Below are positions 45,021-54,580 of a stretch of 64,000 nucleotides of DNA, piece after piece. The translations under genes and the position numbers were made by a program. The notes beneath the pieces are model-generated. The model was not told the DNA's origin, searched no databases, and was given only the letters and a program-made list of their open reading frames with translations. The number at the start of each line of letters is the position of its first letter. Within the stretch, counting starts at the first letter, position 1. The DNA is from Alphaproteobacteria bacterium. GTDB taxonomy: Bacteria; Pseudomonadota; Alphaproteobacteria; UBA2136; JAPPOO01. The stretch covers positions 12,041 to 76,040 of the forward strand of contig JAPPOO010000076.1 of the NCBI GenBank assembly GCA_028817875.1, in the 5' to 3' direction.

Positions 45021-48000
45021 ATGAAAAAAATAATAAGTTTCTTAGCGTTGTTCCTATCAGTAGGTGCCTTAAAAGCGCATGCGGTGGAATTCGGTGATAT
45101 CGCAACAACCAGCGTAACGGTAGATAACCGTGTGTGTGTTTACAATATAGATGGCGATACGGATGAAAGCATAGATTGTGGTACCGCCGCCCCTTACGTT
45201 GATAGCAGCGGTAACGTAGGTATTGGTACCGCAAGCCCACAAACAGTGTTAGAAGTAGCGGGTACAATCTCCGCTACAGGCGCGGAAATATCTGGAACCG
45301 TTTCTGCAACAGCGTTTTCAGGTGATGGTAGCCTTTTAACCAACTTACCCGTCAGTAGTATTGACCAAATTGTAAGCGGTACAACCAGCGTTGTAGCAAG
45401 CGAAAATACAAGTTTAACTTTCACGACTGCTGGTACAGAGCACATGGTTGTGAGTAGCGGTGGTGATGTTGGTATTGGTACGTCATTACCAGCGCAAAAA
45501 TTACATATTGTTGATAGCAGTGCAAATGGTACAGCCGGTTATTTTCAACAAACTAACACAACAAATAGTAACGGTATTGTTATCACAACGGCTACTAGTA
45601 ATACGGCTGATATAGTTTTTGGAGCCTACTCCGATAGTAATGCGAGGTTAGTTGTTAGGGGCGATGGAAATGTTGGTATGGGGACAAGCACGCCTGCTAA
45701 CAGTTTGACAGTCGTAGGAGACATAAGTGCGACGGCATATTATGGAGATGGTTCTGCCCTAACCAATGTAGCCATAGTTAGCTTAACAAACATCACAGAT
45801 GTAAGCGCAACAGCACCAACAAATGGGCAAGTATTAGTTTGGGATGACACCACCAAACTTTGGGAGCCAAGCACAACATCATCCGGCAGTAGCGGCGGTA
45901 TAGATGACCTAACGGATGCCGCACACAACACAACAGATTTTAATATGTTTTTAGGCCATGAAGGTAGCGGAGCAATCACTTCTAGCAGTGATTACAACCT
46001 AGGTATTGGTTTAACAGCATTAGATGCGTTGACATCTTCAGCAATTGGTAACATCGGTATAGGGTACGATGCTCTAACGGCAGTTACGAGTGGTGATGAT
46101 AATATCGCCATGGGCTATAATGCGTTAACTGCCATTACAACTAATAGCTATAACATAGCATTAGGGACATCAGCTTTGGAATCATCTACAGCGAGCAATA
46201 ATATAGCTGTAGGCCATAGTGCACTTATCTCAAATACAAGCGGCCAATACAATGTGGCTATGGGGAACGATGTACTCTACAATAATACTACCTCTAGCTA
46301 TAATGTAGCTATGGGTGATGATGCACTCTACAACAATGCAGGCAATTACAATACAGCTATCGGGCATAGCTCTTTAGAAAATAATACAACCGGTGCAAAC
46401 AATGTTGCTATCGGGGCAAATTCTTTATTTGGTGATGCTGCTGGTTCAACAGGTGCTGGTAATGCTGTTGTTGGGTATGGTGCCTTATACTCCAACACAA
46501 CCGGTAATTACAATACAGCCATAGGGTTCAGTAACTTATACAGAAATACAACTGGTGATTATAACATCAGCGCAGGGTATAACGCACTTTATGGAAGTGC
46601 CACGTCGGTTATATCGGGAAATGATAACATAGCGATAGGTAAGTTTGCTATGCGCTATGCTGCAAGTAGTTTTGATAATATTGCAATAGGTGATAGCGCT
46701 TTATATGACAGTTTAGACAACGATAATAACATTGCTATTGGAGCAGCCTCAATGCGTTACAATGCCCATGGTGTGCATAATGTTGCCGTAGGTGCAAACA
46801 CAATGGATGCTAACGGTATGAATGGTGATTTCAATACCGCTTTAGGGAACTCTGCAATGAGTGGAGCCGTAACAGGTGATTATAATATAGCTTTAGGACC
46901 AAACACTCTAACCGGAGCTGTATCGGGGGGATACAATATTGCACTAGGTATGCAAGCCTTAACAGGGAACTTGACTGGAAGTAATAATACGGGCATGGGG
47001 TACAGAGCACTTTATAACAACCAGAATGGAAGCAATAATATTGCTATAGGTTATTTTGCTGCATATGGAAATACATCAAATAAAGATATTACGGCAACAA
47101 TTGCTATAGGTTACCGTGCAGGGTACGCACTTCGGTCAGGTGCTGATTATAATACACTTATTGGTTATGACGCTGGAGATACCATTACAACAGGGGCTAA
47201 TAACATTATAATGGGTTATCGTGCGGGTGATAACCTAACTACAGGCTCCAGCAACATAATTATAGGTGATGATGTCAATGCGGTCTCTACAACAGCTGAT
47301 AACCAAATCAATATCGGAAATACAATTTACGGAAGCGCAGCGTCTGACTTTATCGGTATAGGTATAACAAGCCCTACAGTTGCGTTAGAAGTAAATGGTA
47401 CAGTTTCCGGAACAGCATTTATAGGGGATGGTTCTGGTTTGTACAATATCACTGTAGCTGTATCTAGTATCACAAATATTACCGATGTTAGCGCAACAAA
47501 CCCGACAGATGGACAGATTCTTGTTTGGAGTGACTCAACAAATTATTGGGAAGCAAGCAATATAGGCTCTATCACAATCAATTTAGATGAAGTATCAGAC
47601 GTTAGCGCAACAACACCGACAAGTAAGCAGGTTCTTGTCTGGAACAGTGTAGGAAGTTATTGGGAAGCGAGTGCTACATCATTAAGTGATTTAACTGATG
47701 CTCAGATAGGAACTATTAATGGTAGTAACAACAATTTTCTGTTAGGGCATGATGGTTCCTCAGCAGCTTTTGGCATATTTAATAGCTACAATATGGGGGT
47801 GGGAACTGATGCCTTAAACTCGCCTAATTTGCACAATGCAGGAGGGGCAAGTTATAACACGGCAGTTGGTTACGCAACAATGATAAGCGCAAGCAGAGCA
47901 GAGCGTGGCGTAGCTCTTGGTCACCAATCTTTACATCACTTAGAAGAAGGTGATGATAATACAGCTATAGGTTATAGAGCTTTGTACGAAAATACAGATG

Positions 48001-49775
48001 GAGAAGACAACACAGCAGTTGGTGCTTCAGCACTTCTTGACAATATAACTGGTATAGCTAACACAGCCGTTGGTTATATAGCACTTTCAAATAATACAAC
48101 CGGTGCTAATAATACGGCAATTGGTTCCACTGTATTGGATGCAAATACGGTTGGTGATTATAATACAGCACTGGGTATGCATGCTCTTGGTGCAAGTACT
48201 GTAGGTGATTATAATACAGCCTCTGGTTATCAAGCTCTTTACTATAATAATTCAGGAAGCTACAACACAGCTTACGGTGCCCTTGCAGCTTACGGGACAA
48301 ACACCCACAGCGTAACGGGTACCGTTGCAGTAGGGTACCGCGCAGGGTATGCACTGCGGTCAGGCGGAGATTATAACACACTGTTAGGTTATGAAGCTGG
48401 AGATACAATTACCACAGGAGCCAATAATATTGCCATCGGTTATGGATCAGGAGATACAATCACCACAGGAAGTACCAACGTAACGATAGGTTATCAAGCT
48501 GGTGATAACATCACGACAGGTTCCAGCAACATAATTATAGGTGATGATGTCAACGCGGTCTCTACAACAGCTGATAACCAAATCAACATCGGAAACACGA
48601 TTTACGGAAGTACAGCGTCTGACTTTATCGGTATAGGTATAACAAGCCCTACGGTTGCGTTAGAGATAAATGGTACGGTCTCCGCAACAGCATTTATAGG
48701 GGATGGTTCTGGCCTATATAATATTACTGGTATCAGCGTCGCTAGCTTAACAAATATCTCAGATGTCAGCGCGACAGAACCAGCGGATGCACAAGCGTTA
48801 GCATGGAACAATACAACAAATTACTGGGAACCTATGGGGGCAGCCTCACTCTCAATTGCTCTTGATGACCTGACCGATGCAGCAGTTATATCCAGCAATA
48901 TAATGATAGGGCACGAAGGGGCAACGCTAAATGCATCAACAACCGCAAATTTAGGAATTGGTGCAATTGCTCTAGACGCTTTAACAACAGGGGAGTGGAA
49001 TGTAGCTGTTGGTCGTGTAGCACTAACTGATAACACAACAGGTAGCGGTAACGTGGCAGTTGGGCAAGCATTATCAAACAATACGACAGGGCAGAACAAT
49101 GTTGGTATTGGCGGTCTACTCAACCTTCACCAAAACACAACAGGGACTAGTAATGTCTCCATAGGTGACCGCACAATGTATGAAAATATATCTGGAAATG
49201 AAAATGTTGCAATTGGTGGTTATGCATTATACGACATAGTAGCTGGAGAGGAAAATGTTGCTATAGGGCATAGTGCTATGAATGGTGCAACTGGCTTTAG
49301 TGTAACAGGTACAGTCGCTATCGGTGCTTGGGCTGGAGTTAATTTAGATACAGGGGCAGACTATAACACAATAGTAGGGAATTGGGCTGGAAGTGGACTA
49401 ACAACAGGGTCAAATAATGTACTATTAGGCCGCTCTGCTGGAAATAACGTAACAACAGGTACAGGTAACGTACTATTAGGCCGCTCCGCTGGAAGTACGC
49501 TCACTACAGGATCAGACAATATTATTATTGGTAATCTTGTGGCAGCAGTTTCCGCCACAGCTGATGATCAACTGAACATTGGAAATACAATTTACGGTGA
49601 CCTAAGTACAGGTGAGGTTGGTATTGGCACCAGCGTAACGAGTGCAACCTTAGATGTGAGCGGAACCATTAAAGTCGCTGGCACAGGCTCAGAAACCTGC
49701 TCCGCATCATCCGATGCTGGAAAAATCAGGTTAGATCCTGCCACAGGTAAAGTTCAAATCTGTTTCACACCTTAA
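45021..49775 (+). CDS. giant secreted repeat protein (1584 aa) with Hep_Hag-like 14-residue repeats and tail-fibre-like GIGT motifs
   Basis: Signal peptide MKKIISFLALFLSVGALKAHA; dozens of NTAIGxxALxxNTTGxxN units; recurring …(N/D)VGIGTxxPxxxLxVxG…F.GDGS.LTN modules; no YadA-type membrane anchor; protein ends …KVQICFTP. Confidence 0.7.
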   Translation: MKKIISFLALFLSVGALKAHAVEFGDIATTSVTVDNRVCVYNIDGDTDESIDCGTAAPYVDSSGNVGIGTASPQTVLEVAGTISATGAEISGTVSATAFSGDGSLLTNLPVSSIDQIVSGTTSVVASENTSLTFTTAGTEHMVVSSGGDVGIGTSLPAQKLHIVDSSANGTAGYFQQTNTTNSNGIVITTATSNTADIVFGAYSDSNARLVVRGDGNVGMGTSTPANSLTVVGDISATAYYGDGSALTNVAIVSLTNITDVSATAPTNGQVLVWDDTTKLWEPSTTSSGSSGGIDDLTDAAHNTTDFNMFLGHEGSGAITSSSDYNLGIGLTALDALTSSAIGNIGIGYDALTAVTSGDDNIAMGYNALTAITTNSYNIALGTSALESSTASNNIAVGHSALISNTSGQYNVAMGNDVLYNNTTSSYNVAMGDDALYNNAGNYNTAIGHSSLENNTTGANNVAIGANSLFGDAAGSTGAGNAVVGYGALYSNTTGNYNTAIGFSNLYRNTTGDYNISAGYNALYGSATSVISGNDNIAIGKFAMRYAASSFDNIAIGDSALYDSLDNDNNIAIGAASMRYNAHGVHNVAVGANTMDANGMNGDFNTALGNSAMSGAVTGDYNIALGPNTLTGAVSGGYNIALGMQALTGNLTGSNNTGMGYRALYNNQNGSNNIAIGYFAAYGNTSNKDITATIAIGYRAGYALRSGADYNTLIGYDAGDTITTGANNIIMGYRAGDNLTTGSSNIIIGDDVNAVSTTADNQINIGNTIYGSAASDFIGIGITSPTVALEVNGTVSGTAFIGDGSGLYNITVAVSSITNITDVSATNPTDGQILVWSDSTNYWEASNIGSITINLDEVSDVSATTPTSKQVLVWNSVGSYWEASATSLSDLTDAQIGTINGSNNNFLLGHDGSSAAFGIFNSYNMGVGTDALNSPNLHNAGGASYNTAVGYATMISASRAERGVALGHQSLHHLEEGDDNTAIGYRALYENTDGEDNTAVGASALLDNITGIANTAVGYIALSNNTTGANNTAIGSTVLDANTVGDYNTALGMHALGASTVGDYNTASGYQALYYNNSGSYNTAYGALAAYGTNTHSVTGTVAVGYRAGYALRSGGDYNTLLGYEAGDTITTGANNIAIGYGSGDTITTGSTNVTIGYQAGDNITTGSSNIIIGDDVNAVSTTADNQINIGNTIYGSTASDFIGIGITSPTVALEINGTVSATAFIGDGSGLYNITGISVASLTNISDVSATEPADAQALAWNNTTNYWEPMGAASLSIALDDLTDAAVISSNIMIGHEGATLNASTTANLGIGAIALDALTTGEWNVAVGRVALTDNTTGSGNVAVGQALSNNTTGQNNVGIGGLLNLHQNTTGTSNVSIGDRTMYENISGNENVAIGGYALYDIVAGEENVAIGHSAMNGATGFSVTGTVAIGAWAGVNLDTGADYNTIVGNWAGSGLTTGSNNVLLGRSAGNNVTTGTGNVLLGRSAGSTLTTGSDNIIIGNLVAAVSATADDQLNIGNTIYGDLSTGEVGIGTSVTSATLDVSGTIKVAGTGSETCSASSDAGKIRLDPATGKVQICFTP
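47240..47455. repeat. intragenic long direct repeat copy 1 (about 215 nt, nearly identical to 48515..48745; lower similarity extends to about 47101)
   Basis: ggctccagcaacataattataggtgatgatgtcaatgcggtctctacaacagctgataaccaaatcaatatcggaaatacaatttacggaag… is repeated with a handful of mismatches. Confidence 0.85.
48515..48745. repeat. intragenic long direct repeat copy 2
   Basis: See copy 1; the encoded peptides are nearly identical (…SSNIIIGDDVNAVSTTADNQINIGNTIYGS…DFIGIGITSPTVALE(V/I)NGTVS…). Confidence 0.85.
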
Positions 49776-49793
49776 TGTAAATAAAAACGTGAA

Positions 49794-49818
49794 AGCCCCT
49801 GCTACAGGGGCTTTTTTA
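49794..49818 (+). terminator. rho-independent terminator (agcccctgctacaggggct + TTTTTT)
   Basis: Hairpin plus T-tract 18 nt after the stop of the giant gene. Confidence 0.7.
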
Positions 49819-49911
49819 TATATCCACCCCTTAAGCAATGCTTATATTGTATACATTTGGCATGGTCTATGCACAAATTATTGGCAGAGAGACCAATAGA
49901 GGGAATTGAAA

Positions 49912-50592
49912 ATGAATACACAACGAACTATACTCACAAACGAACCGATCTTAAGTGGGCAGCTAAAGTACAGAACAGATGTACCAGGTGCAAAGCAGAG
50001 AAAGGCCTTAGAGAAAAGAGGAATTGGCGTGATGGGATTAGCATTAGACGAAATGATTTTAACAGGAGCTATGGTAGGCAGCGCAGGGTTATTTGCTGCT
50101 GTGTCTGTGCCATGGGATAGTGTTCTAATGCCGGAAAAAGCACGCATTATGGATGAACTAACAGCGATAGAGGAAGCAAATAGCAACTTCCACTTACGTT
50201 ATAAAAAATGGCCGCATGAAATGACAGACGGCTCTGGCGCACACAATGCTGCTGCCCTTGTAACTACAAGAGCTATGCGCTTTCCGTACAGTAATATGAG
50301 TCAATTTAAAGCCCCATTGAAAGATGTGCCATTTGATATGAAAGGTAAACGTATTAGCCTACGTCACGGTTATGGTAGTGGTGGCCGCATTTTACAACAA
50401 CCGTCTGATAACCCAGCCTATAGAATGAAAGTAACATTTGAAAATATGCCGCTTTCCAAAGTACGGGAAATGGATATTGTGATTGACCAAGAAAGCAACT
50501 TAGATAGAGGTCGCTTGCAAGTGGATGTCCGTAACGGACGTGTAGATATGGTTTTCTACGCAAATTCAACACTCACAGCAAGCCGTTACTAA
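49912..50592 (+). CDS. hypothetical protein (226 aa) with possible prepilin-like N-terminus
   Basis: ATG with a purine-rich RBS (the track ORF begins at a TTG 6 nt upstream); …KRGIGVMG|LALDEMILTGAMVGSAGLFAAVSV resembles G/xxxxE plus a hydrophobic helix of type IV pilin-like proteins; its own promoter-like region follows the upstream terminator. Confidence 0.4.
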   Translation: MNTQRTILTNEPILSGQLKYRTDVPGAKQRKALEKRGIGVMGLALDEMILTGAMVGSAGLFAAVSVPWDSVLMPEKARIMDELTAIEEANSNFHLRYKKWPHEMTDGSGAHNAAALVTTRAMRFPYSNMSQFKAPLKDVPFDMKGKRISLRHGYGSGGRILQQPSDNPAYRMKVTFENMPLSKVREMDIVIDQESNLDRGRLQVDVRNGRVDMVFYANSTLTASRY

Positions 50593-51305
50593 ACAGCTGC
50601 TAAACCATCCTTAAGTGAAACCCCTTCGTACAGAATTTTATGGCGAAGGGGTTTTTTATATGTAGGAACATGCAGGTTGTCCCCACGCTGCCCTATATGA
50701 AAAATAACACGCTTGGCCAGTCGCTCAGGGTGCGAAACCAAGTAAACACAGTGAAAAGGCACACCAATATCTCTTGCCCATCTTTTAACAATATCAGCCT
50801 CAGCAGTATGTAACAAAATATGTAAAGAGGATGCACTATGTCGCCACAAGGCATCCAACCAAGATGTCAAAACACCTGTAGGCATACAATAAGCCTCATT
50901 TTTACGTGCATCTATGCTGGTAAAGCCTCGTCTACGAGCATGGAAAGGCAGGTTAGCAACAACACAATCAAATGGTTTGATAAAAGGAGAGGCCGTAAAT
51001 TCGGCCTGTTGTGTTATATAAGTAAAATCATTTAACGCAGCGTTCTTTTGAGCTTGCTGTAAAACTTGAGCATTACAATCCATACCTGTAAGCATGAGGT
51101 GAGGAGAGCGGGTAAGTAAGCTAAAACCAATGATGCCACAGCCGCAGCCAGCATCTAAAACAGTTTTATAAGATTGAGTGCAAACACTTGCCGCAAGCCA
51201 TAAAGACTCTTCACTAGGGTTTAAATGACCTCTCAAAAGGGATATTTGTCCGCCCAGTACCGTGAAAGTAGGTGATAGACTAGTTTTCGGGGCTACTATC
51301 ATCAA
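50589..51305 (-). CDS. class I SAM-dependent methyltransferase, RsmC/RlmG-like small-domain type (238 aa)
   Basis: SAM motif I LDAGCGCGIIG and substrate motif VANLPFH (NPPF-like), as in rRNA m2G/N6 methyltransferases. Confidence 0.65.
   Translation of the reverse strand: MMIVAPKTSLSPTFTVLGGQISLLRGHLNPSEESLWLAASVCTQSYKTVLDAGCGCGIIGFSLLTRSPHLMLTGMDCNAQVLQQAQKNAALNDFTYITQQAEFTASPFIKPFDCVVANLPFHARRRGFTSIDARKNEAYCMPTGVLTSWLDALWRHSASSLHILLHTAEADIVKRWARDIGVPFHCVYLVSHPERLAKRVIFHIGQRGDNLHVPTYKKPLRHKILYEGVSLKDGLAAV
50618..50658. terminator. bidirectional terminator hairpin (aaccccttcg…cgaaggggtt + T-tract)
   Basis: Lies between convergent genes 49912..50592 (+) and 50589..51305 (-). Confidence 0.55.
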
Positions 51306-54300
51306 GTGGTGGCTCTAATATAGAGTCTTCTTGTTCTGCCTCACTTGGGTTGTCAGATACCTGACCATCTGTAGACAAAGTTGCAGCAGGGGGTTCTTTT
51401 TTCTCAACTTTAGTTGGTGGCGTAGCTGCTTCACGTTCTTGCTGTTTACGGGCATTTTCCTCTAAAAGGTTAATAAGAACATTAAGCTTACTGCCGCTAT
51501 TAACACGAGATTCTTTCGTTTGAGTACCAGCGACTAAATGGGCATATTTAGCACGCATATTATGTTGATTGTGGGTACCACATAAAAGCTTATGAGAAAG
51601 AATATGGCAGCGTGCTAAAGCCGTAATATAGCCAGAGTCCCCAGGGAGCGGATACTTAAGAACTAAGTTGGTTGTATGAAGGTCAGGGTTGTAAAAACCT
51701 TCAATAGGTTGTGGCTTATCTGGCTGAGCAGGGTGGTGTAAAAAACCGGAAACAGGGTAAACAACACTCAAATTACGGTTATTCTTTTTAGGCTGTAAAG
51801 GACTTTGTATAGCTGTTTCCAGTTCCAAAATACTACCAATAGGTAAAATATACTCACTACCAGTGGAAGGTGTTGTTAACTCTTTTTGAATAGAAAAGCG
51901 TCCATCGGGAATTTGTGGGTAATTCGGTTTAACGGCAACACGACGAAATAAAGCAGTTTTACCGCTTTCAAATGTTACATTTAGTTTAGGCGCTTCACCA
52001 TCCTCAGAAATAAGCTGAAGATCCTCAATATTACCGTATATATCAGAGAAAGGTAGAGGTAAAGCTGCCTCAATAGCGTAGTCGTAAGATGGTGCAATAG
52101 CTAGCGTATTAAAGTTAAGAGTACCATAAATATTCGTACGGAACGTTTTACCATAATGCGTGGAAAGCTGATCTGATCGGGTAATAGGTGTACTGCCAAC
52201 ACGGTTAATAAATGTAAGCTCTGTACGCGTTAGTGTGCTGCCCATACCACTGCCAGACATATTGTAAGGATTAACAAGAATAGCTGCGAGTGTTGAGTGC
52301 TCATTCAACAAATCCTCCGGCACATAAACACCTCTAAACTGTTGAAGTGTTTTAACGTAGTGGCTGATGTAAGGCTTAGCTTGGTTAAGGTAGTAGACTG
52401 AGCTGATTTGAGCAAAGCTTTCAGCTGCTAAGGAAAATTGATCCGCATCAAAAGCATCGATACCTGTCATAAGAGCCTTAAATTCAGGGCGGACAGCCTG
52501 AAACGCCGCCTTCAGGTCTTCTGGTGCATCCAACCAAACAGCGCGACTATCTTCCAAATTATCTAAACGATTTAAAATTTCACTCACAATAAAATCAAGT
52601 CGTAAATCAGAGTGGCGTCGATGAAGATCATACCCATACAACGTCATATCCAAGGCAGTTAGCTTTTCATCACGGCTAAGACTATTTCTCAATGTGCTGA
52701 GTAGGTACACATCCTTTTCATCTTTAGGGAAAGCCTTTTCATCAAACAAATGATATAAACGGTACAAAGCGTTAGGCGTGCCGTACTGGCCGGGGGCATT
52801 TAGCACCAAACTTTTTAGAATATTGTCGATAGTATCGGCAGAGTCAGAAAAAAACGTACGCAGAAAAGAAAATTTAGGTCCTAAGTCTAAAGCAACTTCT
52901 TGCTGTTCTTGAATCAAAGACTCTGGTGTTTCAGCGCGTAATGTTTCAAGAATCTGCTGCTTTTTAAGATAAGCATCAAAATCTTTAAGCAAAATGGCGC
53001 CAAGGTTAAAGTCAATTTCCATTTCATCGTTTAAAAAGCTGCCAAGGTGCGTTACTTCATCAAAGTCATCAGTATTAAAGGCTTGGCTTAAACTACGAAT
53101 AATAACAGGAACAATGGCCTGCCGTTTTTCACGAGCTACTTCAGGGCTAAAGCGAGAGTATGCAAGAACGTTAACCAAGTTTTTATTTTCTAGTGCGTGC
53201 ATAAGGCTGTTTTGCACCATTTTTTCCAATTTTACACGGGTTGGCTTGTCATCATCATGGATAACAACTTGTTCTAATAACGGTAAAATATTTGCACCTG
53301 TTGTGCTTAATGTTTCTAAAGTACTAAGCAAACGTGCATTATAAAATTTAATAAGGGAAGGTGGAATCTGGTCTGTCTTAAGAGGAGGGCCAAGTAGGTC
53401 AACGTCGCCTGTTGCCGTCATATAAGCTTCTGCTGCCTTTAGAAAACGTCGCCACACATCTTCTTGGTTAGGGTCAAGAATAAGCTGTAACCGCTGTAAA
53501 TAAAGGTTTAAACTTTGGCGAGGGGTTATTAATGTAGCTTCATCAGTATCAGAAACATTTGGGGTATTAAGTGGTTGAACAACTTGTGTTGTACTTGTCT
53601 TCTTTGAAGTATGTGGCTTTTCTAAACCAGTATTACGCTCCTGTAGAGAAGCTGTTCGAGCAAAAGCATCATTTCTAAAAGCAGGTTGTTCCAATAAGTA
53701 AGCAAGTGTTTTGGCAATATGCTTTCGAGCAGAAGAAGTAAGAACAGTATCCCATTGAAGGTCATCTAAAAATTGAGGAAATTCCGTAACAAATAAAGTC
53801 GTTGCATCATCAGGGCTTTGCTTTGTGTAATAAAGATAGGCCGCAGGTACCAAAGCCCCAAAAACACCAGGCGAAAGTACCTGAGTATCTTGTTTGCTGC
53901 GGATTGCAATCGTATGGTTTTTCAAAAGCGGTTTATTGTCAGTAGAAAGGCCAAGCAATACACTCAAATAGTGTTGTGCTGGTTTTGGTAATGTTTGTTG
54001 AGCCGCTAAGTTTTGCAAACTGCTAACAGTTGCTTCTGTATCGCCCAATACCAAAGCACGGCCAAAATAGTCAAACAAGGCCTGAGTATAGGCTTGTTGA
54101 ATAAAGCTTCCTTCAAATAAAGAAATCATTTTCAGCAACGGAGCAGGTTGTTCCGGCAAGTTAGCGACAACACGAGCTTGGTTTCTAAGGTAAGCATCAA
54201 TATCTAGTTTTTGATCTCCCTGAATACTTACGGCTTCTTGCGGTAAATACGGCAAACTAGCGCGAATGGCATCCAATACACCCGTATTTTGAGTAAAACA

Positions 54301-54522
54301 GTTTTCTTCAATACATTGGGCAAGGCGTGCTTGTGTAGCCAAAGCATGTAAAGTTGCATCTTCAGGAGCCTTCAAAAGCTGACTATCTAAGTTTTTTAAA
54401 GCGGAGTCATAATCCTTCGCTGCAATGCTGGTAGCAATGTCATTAACGGTTTCTTCGCCGCATCCGGCTAAAATAAAAGGGGCACACAGCAGGAACAGGC
54501 GGGTCGGGTACGTTATCTTCAT
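51280..54522 (-). CDS. large lipoprotein of unknown function (about 1080 aa) with Glu/Pro-rich C-terminus
   Basis: Start moved to the internal ATG giving lipoprotein signal MKITYPTRLFLLCAPFILAGC; overlaps the downstream methyltransferase gene by 26 nt; no family recognised. Confidence 0.5.
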   Translation of the reverse strand: MKITYPTRLFLLCAPFILAGCGEETVNDIATSIAAKDYDSALKNLDSQLLKAPEDATLHALATQARLAQCIEENCFTQNTGVLDAIRASLPYLPQEAVSIQGDQKLDIDAYLRNQARVVANLPEQPAPLLKMISLFEGSFIQQAYTQALFDYFGRALVLGDTEATVSSLQNLAAQQTLPKPAQHYLSVLLGLSTDNKPLLKNHTIAIRSKQDTQVLSPGVFGALVPAAYLYYTKQSPDDATTLFVTEFPQFLDDLQWDTVLTSSARKHIAKTLAYLLEQPAFRNDAFARTASLQERNTGLEKPHTSKKTSTTQVVQPLNTPNVSDTDEATLITPRQSLNLYLQRLQLILDPNQEDVWRRFLKAAEAYMTATGDVDLLGPPLKTDQIPPSLIKFYNARLLSTLETLSTTGANILPLLEQVVIHDDDKPTRVKLEKMVQNSLMHALENKNLVNVLAYSRFSPEVAREKRQAIVPVIIRSLSQAFNTDDFDEVTHLGSFLNDEMEIDFNLGAILLKDFDAYLKKQQILETLRAETPESLIQEQQEVALDLGPKFSFLRTFFSDSADTIDNILKSLVLNAPGQYGTPNALYRLYHLFDEKAFPKDEKDVYLLSTLRNSLSRDEKLTALDMTLYGYDLHRRHSDLRLDFIVSEILNRLDNLEDSRAVWLDAPEDLKAAFQAVRPEFKALMTGIDAFDADQFSLAAESFAQISSVYYLNQAKPYISHYVKTLQQFRGVYVPEDLLNEHSTLAAILVNPYNMSGSGMGSTLTRTELTFINRVGSTPITRSDQLSTHYGKTFRTNIYGTLNFNTLAIAPSYDYAIEAALPLPFSDIYGNIEDLQLISEDGEAPKLNVTFESGKTALFRRVAVKPNYPQIPDGRFSIQKELTTPSTGSEYILPIGSILELETAIQSPLQPKKNNRNLSVVYPVSGFLHHPAQPDKPQPIEGFYNPDLHTTNLVLKYPLPGDSGYITALARCHILSHKLLCGTHNQHNMRAKYAHLVAGTQTKESRVNSGSKLNVLINLLEENARKQQEREAATPPTKVEKKEPPAATLSTDGQVSDNPSEAEQEDSILEPPLDDSSPEN

Positions 54523-54580
54523 AGCACTCAATTTAACATAGTATTGAAGGATAACAGGAACTGAGGCAGGATAGACCCCA

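Noticed and set aside
45021-49775. Trimeric autotransporter adhesin (YadA-like) call for the giant repeat protein
   Set aside because: Hep_Hag-like repeats are present, but there is no C-terminal 4-strand YadA anchor and no terminal aromatic. The ending …KVQICFTP does not fit.
45021-50592. Prophage or tailocin tail-fibre locus
   Set aside because: Tail-fibre-like GIGT motifs occur in the giant protein. However, there are no capsid, terminase, baseplate, sheath or integrase genes in the flanks, and conserved housekeeping genes (rlmH, ffs and a methyltransferase) border it.
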